Positions 12,049 through 26,225 are shown, counted from the first letter of the whole stretch. The stretch: DNA of 63,106 nucleotides, filler included, from Octopus bimaculoides (GCF_001194135.2; 5 parts of 5 records of this genome joined end to end with filler, not necessarily neighbours in it); one strand, 5' to 3'. A program made the numbers and translations. Notes: generated from the sequence alone by a model not told the origin.

Positions 12049-12443
12049 NNNNNNNNNNNNNNNNNNNNNNNNNNNNNNNNNNNNNNNNNNNNNNNNNNNN
12101 NNNNNNNNNNNNNNNNNNNNNNNNNNNNNNNNNNNNNNNNNNNNNNNNNNNNNNNNNNNNNNNNNNNNNNNNNNNNNNNNNNNNNNNNNNNNNNNNNNNN
12201 NNNNNNNNNNNNNNNNNNNNNNNNNNNNNNNNNNNNNNNNNNNNNNNNNNNNNNNNNNNNNNNNNNNNNNNNNNNNNNNNNNNNNNNNNNNNNNNNNNNN
12301 NNNNNNNNNNNNNNNNNNNNNNNNNNNNNNNNNNNNNNNNNNNNNNNNNNNNNNNNNNNNNNNNNNNNNNNNNNNNNNNNNNNNNNNNNNNNNNNNNNNN
12401 NNNNNNNNNNNNNNNNNNNNNNNNNNNNNNNNNNNNNNNNNNN

Positions 12444-12497
<54 letters not shown>

Positions 12498-12723
12498 ATA
12501 TATATGTGTGTGTGCGAGTGTGTCTGCCTGTACGGTATGTATGCATGCATATGTATATACATATATATTTATATGCATATATATGTATGTATGCGTACAT
12601 ATGTACATATACATATATGAATATATATATTATATATATATATATGTATATATATACACACATATACAGATACATACATATACATGCATATGTACTTATA
12701 TATAAACATAGTTATATGCGTAT

Positions 12724-12879
12724 AGGCACAGGCGTGGCTGTGTGGAAAGTACTTTGCTTGTACATTCTGGGTTCAGTCTCACTGCATGTCACATTTGGCA
12801 ACTGTTTTCTACAATAGCCCCAGGCCGACCAAAGCTTTGTGTGTGGACATGGTAGACGGAAACTGAAAGAAGCTCATAC

Positions 12880-12917
<38 letters not shown>

Positions 12918-13055
12918 GTGCGTGTGTATGTCTATGTGCGTGAGTGTGTGCGTGTGTACGTGCGTGTGTTTGTATTTGTACCCCTACTACCGCTTGGCAA
13001 CCAGTGTTGGGTCGTTTACGTCCCCGACACCTAGCGGTTCTTCAAAATAGATCGC
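12724..13055 (+). mobile_element. SINE family A, diverged
   Basis: aggcacaggcgtggctgtgtgg head...ggtagacggaaactgaaagaagc, (TG)n, cgtttacgtcccc. Confidence 0.8.
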
Positions 13056-13404
13056 TGTTTAATGAGATAGTGCATGTGTTTGATGAACAAAAAGAAATAA
13101 TAGTATATTAAACACTGCATAAAGTATATTTTTGATTTATTGAAATCGTTTGTTTCCAAAGAAATTAGAACAACCGTTTGGTGGCAGTCATGTGCAACTC
13201 CATATAAGAAGAACAGATAATCTCAAAACTCTAGAATGCTCCAAAGCAGAAAAGACAATTTGATTTTCTGGAAAGAAGAGGGGGAATTGCTGAACATGTT
13301 TCTTCCTCAGTAGTTGTCATCAGCACGATAGCTACTTTACACTGCCCGGTTCTAATATGTAACATATACATGCTATCACATGAATTTCAGATCAGCCAGC
13401 CAGA

Positions 13405-13656
13405 CGCATAAACAAGGATGAAGATCCTTTCTGAGTCATACAGACCCAAAGGGTCGGTTTCCACGGTTTTTGTGGTGCATACATTCCCCTCTGAACGGCT
13501 TCTTTCAGTTTCCGTCTGACAGCTGAGTGGACTGGAACAACAACGCGAAATAGAGTGTTTTGCTCAAGAACACAACGTGTCGCCCGGTCCAGGAATTGAA
13601 ACTGCAATCTTACAATCATGAGTCCAGCACCCTAACCACAAAGCCATGTGCCTCTG
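13405..13656 (-). mobile_element. SINE family D
   Basis: cagctgagtggactggaacaac...tttgctcaagaacacaacg...ctaaccac, reverse of the family D head. Confidence 0.8.
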
Positions 13657-13669
13657 CTAAAAAGGCAAA

Positions 13670-13905
13670 GTTACCTTCTTGACTCATGCTGACTCATAAG
13701 GGCCGGTTTCCTAGCTCCATGATGTATCTATTCCCCAGCTGAACAGGACGCTGATCCGTCACAGGAATACTCACTTTTGCCAGCTGAGTGGACTGGTGTA
13801 ACGTGAAATGAAGCGTTTTGCTCAAGAACACAACACGTCACCCTGTCGAGGAATTGAAACCACAATCTCACGATCATGAGTCCACCACCCTAACCACAAA
13901 GCCAC
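13670..13905 (-). mobile_element. SINE family D, tandem second copy
   Basis: Same blocks as 13405-13656. Confidence 0.8.
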
Positions 13906-13959
13906 GTCCATCCACTAGCCAGCCAGGTGCCCTCCTTATATCCAGTGATCGGCTTCTAA

Positions 13960-14340
13960 AAACTCATGTTTTGTACTGCATGCATACAATCAGACAGGCT
14001 ATTTCTTCGACAGCCTTTTACTCTCTAGCCCTATTTCGTGACGCATCGTTAGTCTGAAATTATGATAGCTTTGTGGAATTGGTTTTCGACAATAGGTGTC
14101 GAATACAGCGCTTGTTATCATATGATTCCAGCTTATTCCGTCCAATCTACGAAGAACCCACAGCTCTATCTTTTTCATTGCCCTGTACATCTGTCCAAGT
14201 TTCTTCTCCATATAGGACGACTGGTTTAATAAAACAGGTTACAAGCCTCAATTTTAGGCGCATTCTTATAAGAACGAAAAAGACTTTTGGATAAATCGCT
14301 TTAGTCAAGGAACGTTGACTCACTAAAAGTTGCAATATCC
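13960..14340 (-). mobile_element. Degraded RTE LINE C-terminal fragment
   Basis: ORFs 14147-14335 (LKLRLVTCFIKPVVLYGEETWT) and 13999-14211 (ELWVLRRLDGISW) match the RTE YG.ETWT / W..RR...ISW motifs. Confidence 0.75.
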
Positions 14341-14625
14341 AAGTAACAGAGACGAAGTTTCAACTTGAGTTAAATAAAATCACATAAATAAATTAATTGA
14401 TTAATAAACAAGTAGTTATGAAACCAAAAGTAAGCATATACAACTGATTGTCGCTTAGTTTTCTAAATACTACGATCTGGAGTAAATTCCTGCTATTTCT
14501 AGCGGTCGGGTGTTCACCAATGAAGATGGGCACAAATAGCCTAAAACCGTTCGGTCTGGTGATCCCGGCGTCTGCTAGAAGATGGTAAGGGTTCGCTATT
14601 CTGCTTGCAATATATACCAGATATA

Positions 14626-14842
14626 AGGCGGCGGGCTGGCAGAAACGTTAGCATACCAGGCGAAATGCTTAGCGGTATTTCGTCTGCCGTTACGTTCTGA
14701 GTTCAAATTTCGTCGAGGTCGACCTTGCCTTTCATCCTTTCGGGGTTGATAAATTAAGTACCAGTTGCGTACTGGGGTCGATCTATTCAACTGGCCTCCT
14801 TCTCAAAAATGTCACTCCTTGTGCCTAGAGTAGAAAAGAAAG
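14626..14842 (+). mobile_element. SINE family B
   Basis: aaggcggcgggctggcagaaacgttagc...gagttcaaatttcgtcgaggtcgaccttgcctttcatcc. Confidence 0.9.
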
Positions 14843-16801
14843 AATATATATGCTACAGAATCTGGCAAACAGAACTTATGCGCCTAAGGCTCGGGAAGGA
14901 CAATTGCTTATTATTTTTTTGTATTTTGATACAGTAAAATGGTTAAAACTCGTGTGATACAACGAAATACGCACGCTCGATCGGAACTCAATCCATGAAC
15001 TTGAAGCTATACATAGTATAGCGTACAGCCAGTACAGTATATAGACAGTATATTTTATAGTTGATACACATATATCTAGTGTAGTATACAGTTATTAAAC
15101 ATACGGCTAGTACAGCATATAGCTTGTGTTTATTTGAATGATATCAGACGGAGGTGGGAAAGAAATGCCAAATGAACTGCGTTGAAATCAGTACAAGAAA
15201 TAGAAGGAGAAATTTGACCTTGGTGGAGTTTGATCTCAGAATGTATAGGGGAGAAACTGCAACCAATGAAAAATCAATACGATCGACTGAATTCAAGAAA
15301 CCTGAATAATCGATTGAATCCCGATGCTTCTCTTATTGATCTCAGATAGATAGAGGCAACACAACTTCTTGCAATAAACGGCTGGAGTAAGATGAAATAT
15401 TTTGGAAAAGATAAAATATACGAAGTCAGTGTACTCTGATGGGATTTGATCTTGGAAAGAACTGGGATAATATATTGCAAAAAACAAAAAAATGCTAACA
15501 AATAAAAACGGAAATTAATGTAATCGATCGAATATAACCAAAGTGAATATAATCGATTGAATGAAATCCAGGACAGGTCAGGTATTTATTTGATCGACGG
15601 CCTCGTAGAGATAGAAAAGGCAAAGTCGACCTCAGCGGCATTTTGGTTCAGAACTGTAGCGTTTACACTACAGTACACTTGTAATTAATTCTGTGACTTC
15701 ATCATTTTGTATGATGTGAGACTTTGGTAAACTTAGGTCTCTGTCACTATTAACATTTTTATAAACATGAAAGTAAGCAAATATTAGGTTCCTGTGTAAA
15801 GTGAAATGAAAACTAAAGCACAAAAATAAAAAAAAAATAAAAAAAATAATAAAATTTCGTGTTCGCAGTGATGGAAGGTGTAATTATTGAAGTCATTAGT
15901 TGTAAGGGAAGAGAAATAAGGAAATGCTTCGTATAATAACAAAGCATGAAACCAGATGATGGTGAAATCTTAATCCTTTAACTAAAACCCTATAATCTGA
16001 CAAACACTGCAATTCCACAGAGATAGAAGGAGAAAGATAGAGAGGAGGAAATAGTGAAAGATAGAGAGAGAGAAACAGAAAAACATAGAGGGGTTGAGAG
16101 AAGCGGAGATGGGGAAGAAGAGCATATTGTAGAGTATGTTAGAGTAGAGAAGAGATCTGTGCAAAATTCTTCGATTGCTGCAGAAGCAGAAAGGAAAAAA
16201 AATCGATTATTGATTTTACTCTTCAACAGCTACCATTCCAAACGATGAAGAGCTTCTTGAAGCGAATCACGAAAAAGTAATTAAGATTCCAATTTAATCT
16301 ATAGCTTTAGTATTCTCTGAATAATAACAGCATTACTAACAAGGTAGACCCAACTGTTCTAACTGTTCTTCAACACAACCCTATATACACACACTCATAC
16401 ACACTCATACACACACACACACATAAGTATATGTTTGTGTGTATATATATAGTTACACACATAGAAACATACATATGTATGCACTCATACATACATACAC
16501 ATATTTATTTATTTATTTATATGTTTCAGCCAAGTGGCTGCGGACACACACACGTGTGGGAGAGAGTTTCGATGTCCCTATGTGCATAAGTGTATGGTTT
16601 GTATATATGCATATGTTTGTACTATATGTATGTGTGTGTCTATATGTATATCACTATACGTACATACACACATACTCGCGCACACACACGCACATATACA
16701 TATTATATATAAATACATATATATATATGCTAATATACGTACGCACATAAACACACATATGGTAGTGTATATATACACATATGGTGGTATGTATATATAC
16801 A

Positions 16802-16858
<57 letters not shown>

Positions 16859-17404
16859 TGTATATACCCCTATGTAAATGTAAGTTTTACTCATTAACAT
16901 ATGTAGCAATTTTACTCTTCTCCTCATTTCAGTCCATAGAAAGAGGCCCTGTTGTGGCATAGCATCATTGCAGCTATACTACCTCCCTTTCTAGAAATTT
17001 ATTCCACTTACTTTTTATGGAGTGGTGGCGGCTGGGACTGGTGAATGAATGATGCACTTTTGATATTGCAACTGTAAGATATGTCTCTTCTCAAGACGAG
17101 GCCAATTAAGATCATACAAAGTATCATAATGTAACTATTGTTTAGATGTGTTTACATCCACGTTACAAAGGTCTTTTTTGTGCGTGTGTGTAAATCGTAT
17201 GCTATTTCAGTGACTGCTTCTCCATCTACGGGAAGAGAATGAGATTCTGCTATTTGTGTTGTGTCGTCTATTTCAAGGACTGAACGAGCTCTCAACGATG
17301 GTAGATAATAGAGAATATTGAAAGATGGTATTGGAGTTAGAGTGTATGTGTCGAGTATAGTTCTATTAGTGTGAGTGAACATATCTATGCATGTATGTAT
17401 GTAT

Positions 17405-17585
17405 GTCATTAGTCAGTTGTGTTTCAAGATTTCTTGCCAATAGAGAGAGAGAGAGAGAGAGGGGGGAGAGAGGGAGAGTGAGAGAGAGAGAGAGGGAGAG
17501 AGAATGAGAGAGAGAGAGCCGGTTTCTAACCTAGATCCAAGGCTCCTTCACTGGAATTTCAACATCAACAACAAGGTATTTTTGC
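17405..17585. repeat. ~110-bp (TATG)n-embedded repeat, copy 3, with internal (GA)n expansion
   Basis: Matches 5010-5120; the ccaatagagaaagagccgg segment is expanded to a long (GA)n. Confidence 0.85.
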
Positions 17586-17612
17586 ATGTATGTATGCATG
17601 AATGAATGCAAG

Positions 17613-17644
<32 letters not shown>

Positions 17645-17893
17645 CGTGCGTGTGTGTGTATGTGTGTGCATGATATATGAATGTATTTATGTATGCATGT
17701 ATGCAAGTGTGTGTATGTGTGTGTGTATGTATGTATGCATGTGTGTATGTGTGTGTATGTATGTATGTATGTATGGATGGATGGATGTATGTATGTATGT
17801 AGCAAGGCAAAGACGAAGCGGGACAGGAGTTAGACGTGAGCCTGGGGTTTGAATGTACTTGAGAGCATAGTTGTATGAAAATATGTGCATCTG

Positions 17894-17960
<67 letters not shown>

Positions 17961-18109
17961 ATGTGTGTGTGTGTGTGTGTTTGAGTGAGAGATTTGTAAG
18001 AGAACTCTANNNNNNNNNNNNNNNNNNNNNNNNNNNNNNNNNNNNNNNNNNNNTTAATTAATTAANNNNNNNNNNNNNNNNNNNNNNNNNNNNNNNNNNN
18101 NNNNNNNNN

Positions 18110-18149
<40 letters not shown>

Positions 18150-18789
18150 TGTGTGTGTGTATATATATAAATATGATAAATGATTCTTCATGGACATACA
18201 CCTTTTGTCATGTCGTCGAGAAATGCAGTGTTACACATCTTATACAATCTAATCGGATCACGTTAAATCTACGCTGTGGTATCTTGGTGCCTAATTGTGA
18301 ATGATCAAATAATGGAATCTTACAATAGTTTCCTTAATAAAAATGGCACTGAAGACAATAAAAACAAAAAGAAAAAAACACAATATAAAACAAACGATAA
18401 AGAATCAAATGAAACGAATTATTTTTTTGAATTTTAATGAATTCTTGACGTGATTTAAGAAACGAAAGGAAAAAAATTAAGAAAATGTATGAAAGAGGTA
18501 TAAAAACAAATAAAGGAAAATGTATAAGACTGGTGCAGATATCCTAAGGTGTTGCATATTTAATGTGAGTTATCCTACTGAGAAGATTGTATTATTTATT
18601 TTATAATATTTATTGAAATTTAATTTAATTTAATTTTTTTTATTCAGTTCAGAAAATTACCCTAAATAGCTCGCCCGTAGTGAATTGTAAGCGTGCATGA
18701 TATCATGACCATCACTGTAATAGCCATATATACACTAAAACCACCACCACTAACCTCCCCCTATATCCTCCTCCCCTCCTCCTCCTCCT

Positions 18790-18868
<79 letters not shown>

Positions 18869-19186
18869 ACAGTATCACATTGAACCTCCAAATAGTAGCT
18901 TTCCTATTAATTTTCTTCTTACCATTTCCATATGTATAGACATTTAAATATGAACATGCGCACAAACATTCGCATACTCTCACGCATATACACTTACGCA
19001 CATGTATATTCACACACACATGAATATGTATTTGTGCGTGCGTGTATATATATATATGTATTTAGGCATGTGCATAAGTATATATACATGTATATATATA
19101 TATATATATGCATGTGGACATATTTATATATATATGTATATATGTATGCATATATATATGTATACATGTCTATGTATATATTCACA

Positions 19187-19258
<72 letters not shown>

Positions 19259-19685
19259 CACACTCACACGTAAACACACTAATATTTGTGTCTTCTTGGG
19301 ATTTTGTGTTGATGACATGTGAGAAATTCGTTAGCTCTGAGTATTAACAAATCTGAATAGATATTGAGGTTCTAGTACCAATTTTATTTTACTTTCAAAA
19401 GAAGAGAGTAGTTGATGGAATCGATACAAATTCACAAATAAAGAGCGGAATTTACCCAATAGATCCCGAATTAGCGAAAGGATTTGACAGAAATGGCCGT
19501 GCATGAATACGTTAAAGAATGAATCATAATTGAAACACGAAAAATATTTATGTCAGTATCCTGCCGTTTCTTTAAATCTACCCTTTACCATAGTGATTCG
19601 AATAATTCAAATTCAAATTTTCTAAATAAATATCGGTATCTAACGTTTCGAATTTCCAATGCACATTTTTAATATTTCAATGAAG

Positions 19686-19905
19686 TAAGGCGGTGAGCAG
19701 TTAGAATCTTTACTGCACAGGGCAAAATGTTTAATAACATTTCGGCTGTTTAACGTTCCGAGTTCAAATTCCTCCGAGGTTAACTTTACGTTTCATGCTT
19801 TCGATATCGATAAAATAAGTACCAGTTGAATATTGGTTTCGATATAATCGACTTATCCGCTTACCAGAAATTTCTGGCCTTGTGATGAAATTTTAAATCA
19901 TTATT
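19686..19905 (+). mobile_element. SINE family B, diverged
   Basis: aaggcggtgagc...gttccgagttcaaattcctccgaggt...gataaaataagtaccagttg. Confidence 0.75.
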
Positions 19906-21041
19906 TCAATGAAGTGTTTTCTATACGAAAGTAGAATAAGCAAAACACTGTACAGCAAATGCGCAACAGCCTTGAGTGCAATATGGCGGCGTATTATGAT
20001 CAGCGGTTTCATTTCCGTTCTTCAGAGTTGGAATCTATCAGCTTCTGAGATTTGTTTTGTTTTGTAAACAGGGTTAGTGAGAGATTTAAATCATTGAGAA
20101 GATAGTGTGTTGTTGTTAACTCCAGGTTAACGTAAATCGAGCAAATATTCGATGATGAAAAGCGTTCCAAGCATGAGCATCCTGACTTATTAATGATATC
20201 AAACATTATATTAATGAGTCCTTCCTGCTCGTAAAACAAAATGTGTGATTTGAGTAAATGTAGTTGATATTTATAGCAACCGCTTATAGTTACCTGCGTT
20301 GTTGTAATAGACGAATGGACAGAGGATATATTTTCTATCCTCTCGCATGACTATAGCCGAGACATTTAACTTTCAACAGTTCAGATCATCTCAGAGTAAA
20401 CAAAAAAAAAAACAAAAACAAAAAAAAAATGTCAGTTTTTCCCAGTTTTTCAACAGGCTCGCAAAATATCAGAGCAGAGATCTTCACTAAGTGCTGACAC
20501 TGATTAATATCTTCAGAAACATTATCTGACTGATCAAAATAATACTAATCTATTTACCAGTGTATTTTTCTTCTCAGTTTTAACTCACTTTGTAGCATTT
20601 TGTAACATTTTCTATCTCTATAATCTCTGCCATCCGCCCAATCAATCCATGCTGGTAACCTTCAACACTACATATAGAAGTGGTGAATTTTCCATCGTTT
20701 ATGACGATGTGCCTCCAGTTTTCAACCAAACAGAATTTCTACTGTGAAATTAAAGTGCCACTGGTTAAGCAGTCCACAGACATTTTTTTTACCTTTAAAT
20801 CAATTCACAAACCGAATCGGGTGTCATGAACACCTTTGAATTAAAAGTACAATAGTAGAGAAAAAGAAACCCGTTTAACAATAGACTCAAAGGCACCTTC
20901 ATAATTTCATTTTATCTACTTTCTCTTCTTATTATCACGTATCAGTATTTTTAACTATTTATAATTTTTCTACGGTTTATAAGTCCTTTGCCTGATTATT
21001 TTCATCCAATGCCAAGTAAATAATTCACCTACAACAAATAT

Positions 21042-21215
21042 ATTGGTTTCAAATTTTGGCACATGGCTAGAAGGTTTGGAGGAGGGACTGAGTCGATTGC
21101 ATCAACCCCGAAAGGATGAAAAGCGAAATGGATCCCGGCGGAATTTGTACTCAGAACGTAAAAAACGGACGAAATGCCGCTAAACATACCGACAGGCGTG
21201 CTACCAGCTTACCGC
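21042..21215 (-). mobile_element. SINE family B, diverged
   Basis: ccccgaaaggatgaaaagc...ctcagaacgtaaa..gacgaaatgccgctaa. Confidence 0.75.
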
Positions 21216-22226
21216 ATAATCCCAAAATATTAAAACTTCAATCACGACTCTTACAGTATTGACAAACCATGTAGTACTAGAAACATTTCACGAAACAAAT
21301 ATTTCATTAATATTCGAATAAGAGATTGTTTTTATCGTCTGATGAGTTTCTTGGATCCCTGAACATGAAACTTCAGTCCATAAAGTATCATTAGCAACGG
21401 ACTTTAAATTAAATTAAATATTTCACACAACTTTATTATATTGAGTACTTGGAGATTTCTCATGTAAACAATAATAACTTATACACATAAAAATTTATAT
21501 ACATAGTTATATACATATGTGTTTAAATATATATGTACAGATACACACGCTCGCTCATACACCCCCACACAAGCACACAAGTACCTATATATTTAACACT
21601 CTGAAGCTTATCATTCAACAGTTTATATTATAAACACTTCACTCTACGAGGAAAGGAGCAGGTGTATAACAGAGTCTAGAGACAAATCAACAAACTTCTT
21701 TGCACAAAAATATCAAAGAAAATAGTAACAAACACCAAGTAAAAAGTATTTAAAAAATCAAATAAATTGAAGATAAGAAATAAGGTGAAGAAATAAAAGG
21801 CGCAAGACTGTGTTTTCCACGTAACTCGCTTAATAAACATTTTCCTGATAGAATTCAGTGCCGTTGAAACGTTATCATCTGCCTAATTTCTTGAGGGTTC
21901 GTCAACCTCTGTAGGATTTAAGATCAGAATTGTGCCATCACCCACAAACATTTTTTCTTAACAACGTGTTTATTTATTTATTCATTCATTTAGTTATTTA
22001 TTTCTGTATTTATCTACTTATTTACAATACTGGTTCAGACAAAGTTGTATATCAAAACCCTAGCGTTATTTCGAATAGAATTTCAGAATTTTTTCTTTTA
22101 GCTTCTGAAACAGTATTTTGTTATATACAAATAATAATTGTCTAATATATTGTGTGGGAAAACAAATAGCTTGTTTACTTTCCGACATGGTAGATAGAGT
22201 GGAGTTAGCCGTTATTTATATCTCTA

Positions 22227-22258
<32 letters not shown>

Positions 22259-22504
22259 GTATAGAGAGATAAAGCCATATACATATACACATTTAAATGT
22301 TCATATTTATACATTCATAGACACGAACACGCACATATTCATACACACATAAATCCATGCAACCTATGCATATTCATACACATACAAATACACATACATC
22401 TAAGCGTACATAGCTGCGAAAATCAACAGAAAAATTCTTAAATGATGTTCTTTTATTCTTTTATTGGTTTCAGGCTGTTCATTTCCAGAAGGCTCAATTT
22501 AATC

Positions 22505-22899
22505 TATTCTTTTATTGGTTTCAGTCATTTGACGTCGGCCATGCTGGAGCATCGCCTTTAGTTGAGCAAATCGACCCCATGACTTATTCTTTGTAAGCCA
22601 GCACTTATTTTATCGCCTTCTATTGCCGAACCCCTAAGTTACGGAGACGTAAACACACCAACCTCGGTTGTCAAGCAGTGGCGTGGGGTACAAACACAGA
22701 CACTCACACACACACACACACACACACACATACATATACGATGGGCTTTCAGTTTCTCTCTACCAAATCCACTCACAAGGCTTTAGTCGGCCCGAGGCTA
22801 TAGTAGAAGATACTTGCCCAAGGTGTCACGCAGTGGGACTGAACTCGGAACCATGTGGTTGGTAAGCAAGCTGATCACCCACACAGCCACTCATGCGCT
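22505..22899 (-). mobile_element. SINE family A
   Basis: Matches 3654-4138. Confidence 0.9.
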
Positions 22900-23609
22900 A
22901 TGCTCTTGTTTGGACATTCAAAGTTAAACAAGACGTCAGCAAAACACGCGGCTGAGTATTTTATTTATAAAAAAATAACACTTGCTGGTAGGGTGTGTCT
23001 GTTAAAATAATTTTGATGTAAATTAATATGATGGTCTCATAAGCAACTCGTGTGATAGAAACAATAATTAGTTATGTCCTTCTATGTTCTGAGTGAAAAA
23101 CTCACTGAGTTGCAGAGCACCATCTACAGATTTATTCGTGACGATAAAACAAGTACCAGCCCTGTAATGGTGTCAAATAAATTGACTACATTTATATCAG
23201 AAAATGTGTAGCATTTGAAATTCCACTTTTGATCTGGTTTTACTCATTAAATGTTGACTAGGCCATTATTAGTTTCCTCGGATGCTACTGATTACGTCAT
23301 AAAATTTCATATTATGCCGAAAGTCATAAGATGCAACCTTAGATTAGACATGAACAAACTGACCTATGATGAACGGTGTTCCATTTCTAGCCCTAACGCA
23401 TTTCTTTTTACAGAAATAGTGCAAACCTCTGCTTAATCTTGCAAGAGCTGTTCTATAATCGCAACTTCGGATCAGACTTGTCATGCAGCAGTTATTCTAT
23501 GATCAAAGATGTCTTACAGTTGATACAAACTGTATTTTCTTAGCAGAAATGATTTATTAAGTATGACAGTCAACGCTTCTTTATAGGATTTCCTTGCTAT
23601 CTCTTGAGT

Positions 23610-23910
23610 GGAGGCGCAATGGCCCAGTGGTTAGGGGCAGCGGACTCGCGGTCATAGGATCGCGGTTTCGATTCCCCGACCGGGCGTTGTGAGTGTTTAT
23701 TGAGCGAAAACACTTAAAACACCACGAGGCTCCGGCAGGGGATGGTGGCGAACCCTGCTGTACTCTTCCACCATAACTTTCTCTCACTCTTACTTCCTGT
23801 TTCTGTTGTGCCTGTAATTCAAAGGGTCAGCCTTGTCACTCTGTGTCACGCTGAATATCCCCGAGAACTACGTTAAGAGTACACGTGTCTGTGGAGTGCT
23901 CAGTCACTTG
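23610..23910 (+). mobile_element. SINE family C (young), truncated by gap
   Basis: tRNA-like head ggaggcgcaatggcccagtggttagg...ggtttcgattcc; near-identical to the reverse of 61948-62283. Confidence 0.9.
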
Positions 23911-24848
23911 NNNNNNNNNNNNNNNNNNNNNNNNNNNNNNNNNNNNNNNNNNNNNNNNNNNNNNNNNNNNNNNNNNNNNNNNNNNNNNNNNNNNNNNNNN
24001 NNNNNNNNNNNNNNNNNNNNNNNNNNNNNNNNNNNNNNNNNNNNNNNNNNNNNNNNNNNNNNNNNNNNNNNNNNNNNNNNNNNNNNNNNNNNNNNNNNNN
24101 NNNNNNNNNNNNNNNNNNNNNNNNNNNNNNNNNNNNNNNNNNNNNNNNNNNNNNNNNNNNNNNNNNNNNNNNNNNNNNNNNNNNNNNNNNNNNNNNNNNN
24201 NNNNNNNNNNNNNNNNNNNNNNNNNNNNNNNNNNNNNNNNNNNNNNNNNNNNNNNNNNNNNNNNNNNNNNNNNNNNNNNNNNNNNNNNNNNNNNNNNNNN
24301 NNNNNNNNNNNNNNNNNNNNNNNNNNNNNNNNNNNNNNNNNNNNNNNNNNNNNNNNNNNNNNNNNNNNNNNNNNNNNNNNNNNNNNNNNNNNNNNNNNNN
24401 NNNNNNNNNNNNNNNNNNNNNNNNNNNNNNNNNNNNNNNNNNNNNNNNNNNNNNNNNNNNNNNNNNNNNNNNNNNNNNNNNNNNNNNNNNNNNNNNNNNN
24501 NNNNNNNNNNNNNNNNNNNNNNNNNNNNNNNNNNNNNNNNNNNNNNNNNNNNNNNNNNNNNNNNNNNNNNNNNNNNNNNNNNNNNNNNNNNNNNNNNNNN
24601 NNNNNNNNNNNNNNNNNNNNNNNNNNNNNNNNNNNNNNNNNNNNNNNNNNNNNNNNNNNNNNNNNNNNNNNNNNNNNNNNNNNNNNNNNNNNNNNNNNNN
24701 NNNNNNNNNNNNNNNNNNNNNNNNNNNNNNNNNNNNNNNNNNNNNNNNNNNNNNNNNNNNNNNNNNNNNNNNNNNNNNNNNNNNNNNNNNNNNNNNNNNN
24801 NNNNNNNNNNNNNNNNNNNNNNCACACACACACACACACACACACACA

Positions 24849-24885
<37 letters not shown>

Positions 24886-25284
24886 GCGCGCACACACACA
24901 AAAAACACTTGCACATTAACACACATACACAAAACCACACACACATTCGACAGGTTTCTTTCAAGCGCGTTCATTTGTATATTTATTAAGGGAATTGAAA
25001 GAAAATGAAACAACATATGATAAGCACACAGTTTGTTCCATCAACTGAGAGTACTTACACAGTAGCTATTCTATTAATCTCGAATGAATAAAAGCGAGCC
25101 ATTCTCTACGGTATTGAAGAAGAAAAAATGAAAAATTGCTGATTGAATACTTTTGGATAACAGCTTCATAGATCTTGCATTCAAACCCAATATAAATGCT
25201 TCTTTCTATATTGTATTTAGATCTAGTCAACCAGTGTAATCTGTTACGTCTCTCAGTCGTTGGTCTACGGCTTTTAGAAGGGTT

Positions 25285-25700
25285 TTACTAGAACGACTCG
25301 ACCCCAGTATTTATTATTTTTAAAGCCTGATACTTGTTCTATCGGTTACTTATGCAGGACCACTAAGCTACGCGGACGTATAAAATATCCTGACTGCTTG
25401 TTAAGAATTTGTGAGGGGAAAAACGCTAACACACACTCATGTATATATATATATATATATATATACAAACACACACACACACATACATACATACATACAT
25501 ACATACATACACACACACACGCACACACACACATATATATATATATACACGATTGGGTTCTTTCAGTTTCTATCTTACAAGGTTTTAGTCGGCTCGGAGC
25601 TATACTAGAAGGCATTTGTCCAAGATGTTATACAGTGGTTTTGAACCTGGAAGTGTGTGGTTAGGAAGCAAATTTCTTACCACACAGCCATGATTGTGCC
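25285..25700 (-). mobile_element. SINE family A, diverged
   Basis: gtcggctcggagctatactagaagg..cttaccacacagcca blocks. Confidence 0.7.
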
Positions 25701-26178
25701 TATAGCTATAATTATAGTTAATTGTTTTAAATACCATACGGACAAACATCTGGAAAAATGACATGAAATGAGCTAGCATATTGTCAAGAAGTATATTTGC
25801 CTCTGATCTTAACTCGACGTAGAAGGGGATTCCCCCCACCCCGAAAAATAATAGTAACAGAGGAAGCAAATGCTTTGCATCCTTTCGAATGCTGTGTTGT
25901 TGGCTTCTGTAAGTATGCATTATTCAATAGCTGTTCTATTGTTGACCTCCTCCTCGGGATAACACGTGTAGTTTACATAATCAGCTTACAGTGAATTATA
26001 TCAATACCTAGAATTCGACTGGTATTTCATTTCGTGCAATATGGAGCTCGGAATGTAATTACTGTAAAAGTCCTTGTAAAATACACATCTCCCTTTTAGA
26101 CCTAAATACCACGTATAAACGCAAAGTATTTACATTATTTACAATTGACGGATATTTGTCCTCATCTTGTTTGTTGTT

Positions 26179-26225
26179 AACACAACGTTTCGACTGATAT
26201 ACCCTCCAAGTCTTCATCAGGCGTC
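26179..26225 (-). ncRNA. Candidate minimal type I hammerhead ribozyme in a short Penelope-like-derived repeat (about 26100-26300)
   Basis: Minus strand: GACGC-CTGATGA-A-GACT-tggagggtatatc-AGTC-GAAA-CGTT^GTGTT. Stem I is 5 bp (2 G-U), stem II 4 bp, stem III palindromic AACGTT. Confidence 0.65.

Noticed and set aside
11924-12817. Long ORFs spanning N runs or (TA)n, (CA)n and (TATG)n tracts (also near 23.8-25.0, 29.3-30.0, 33.5-34.4 and 61.5-62.0 kb)
   Set aside because: Artefacts of gaps and simple repeats.
13285-13325. Minus-strand CTGATGA...GAAAC
   Set aside because: No stem II pairing and poor stem I; consistent with chance.
21335-21385. CTGATGAG...GAAAC-ttca-GTC on the plus strand
   Set aside because: The core order is right, but two extra bases precede GAAA and stem I does not pair next to the core. 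At best a dead relic.
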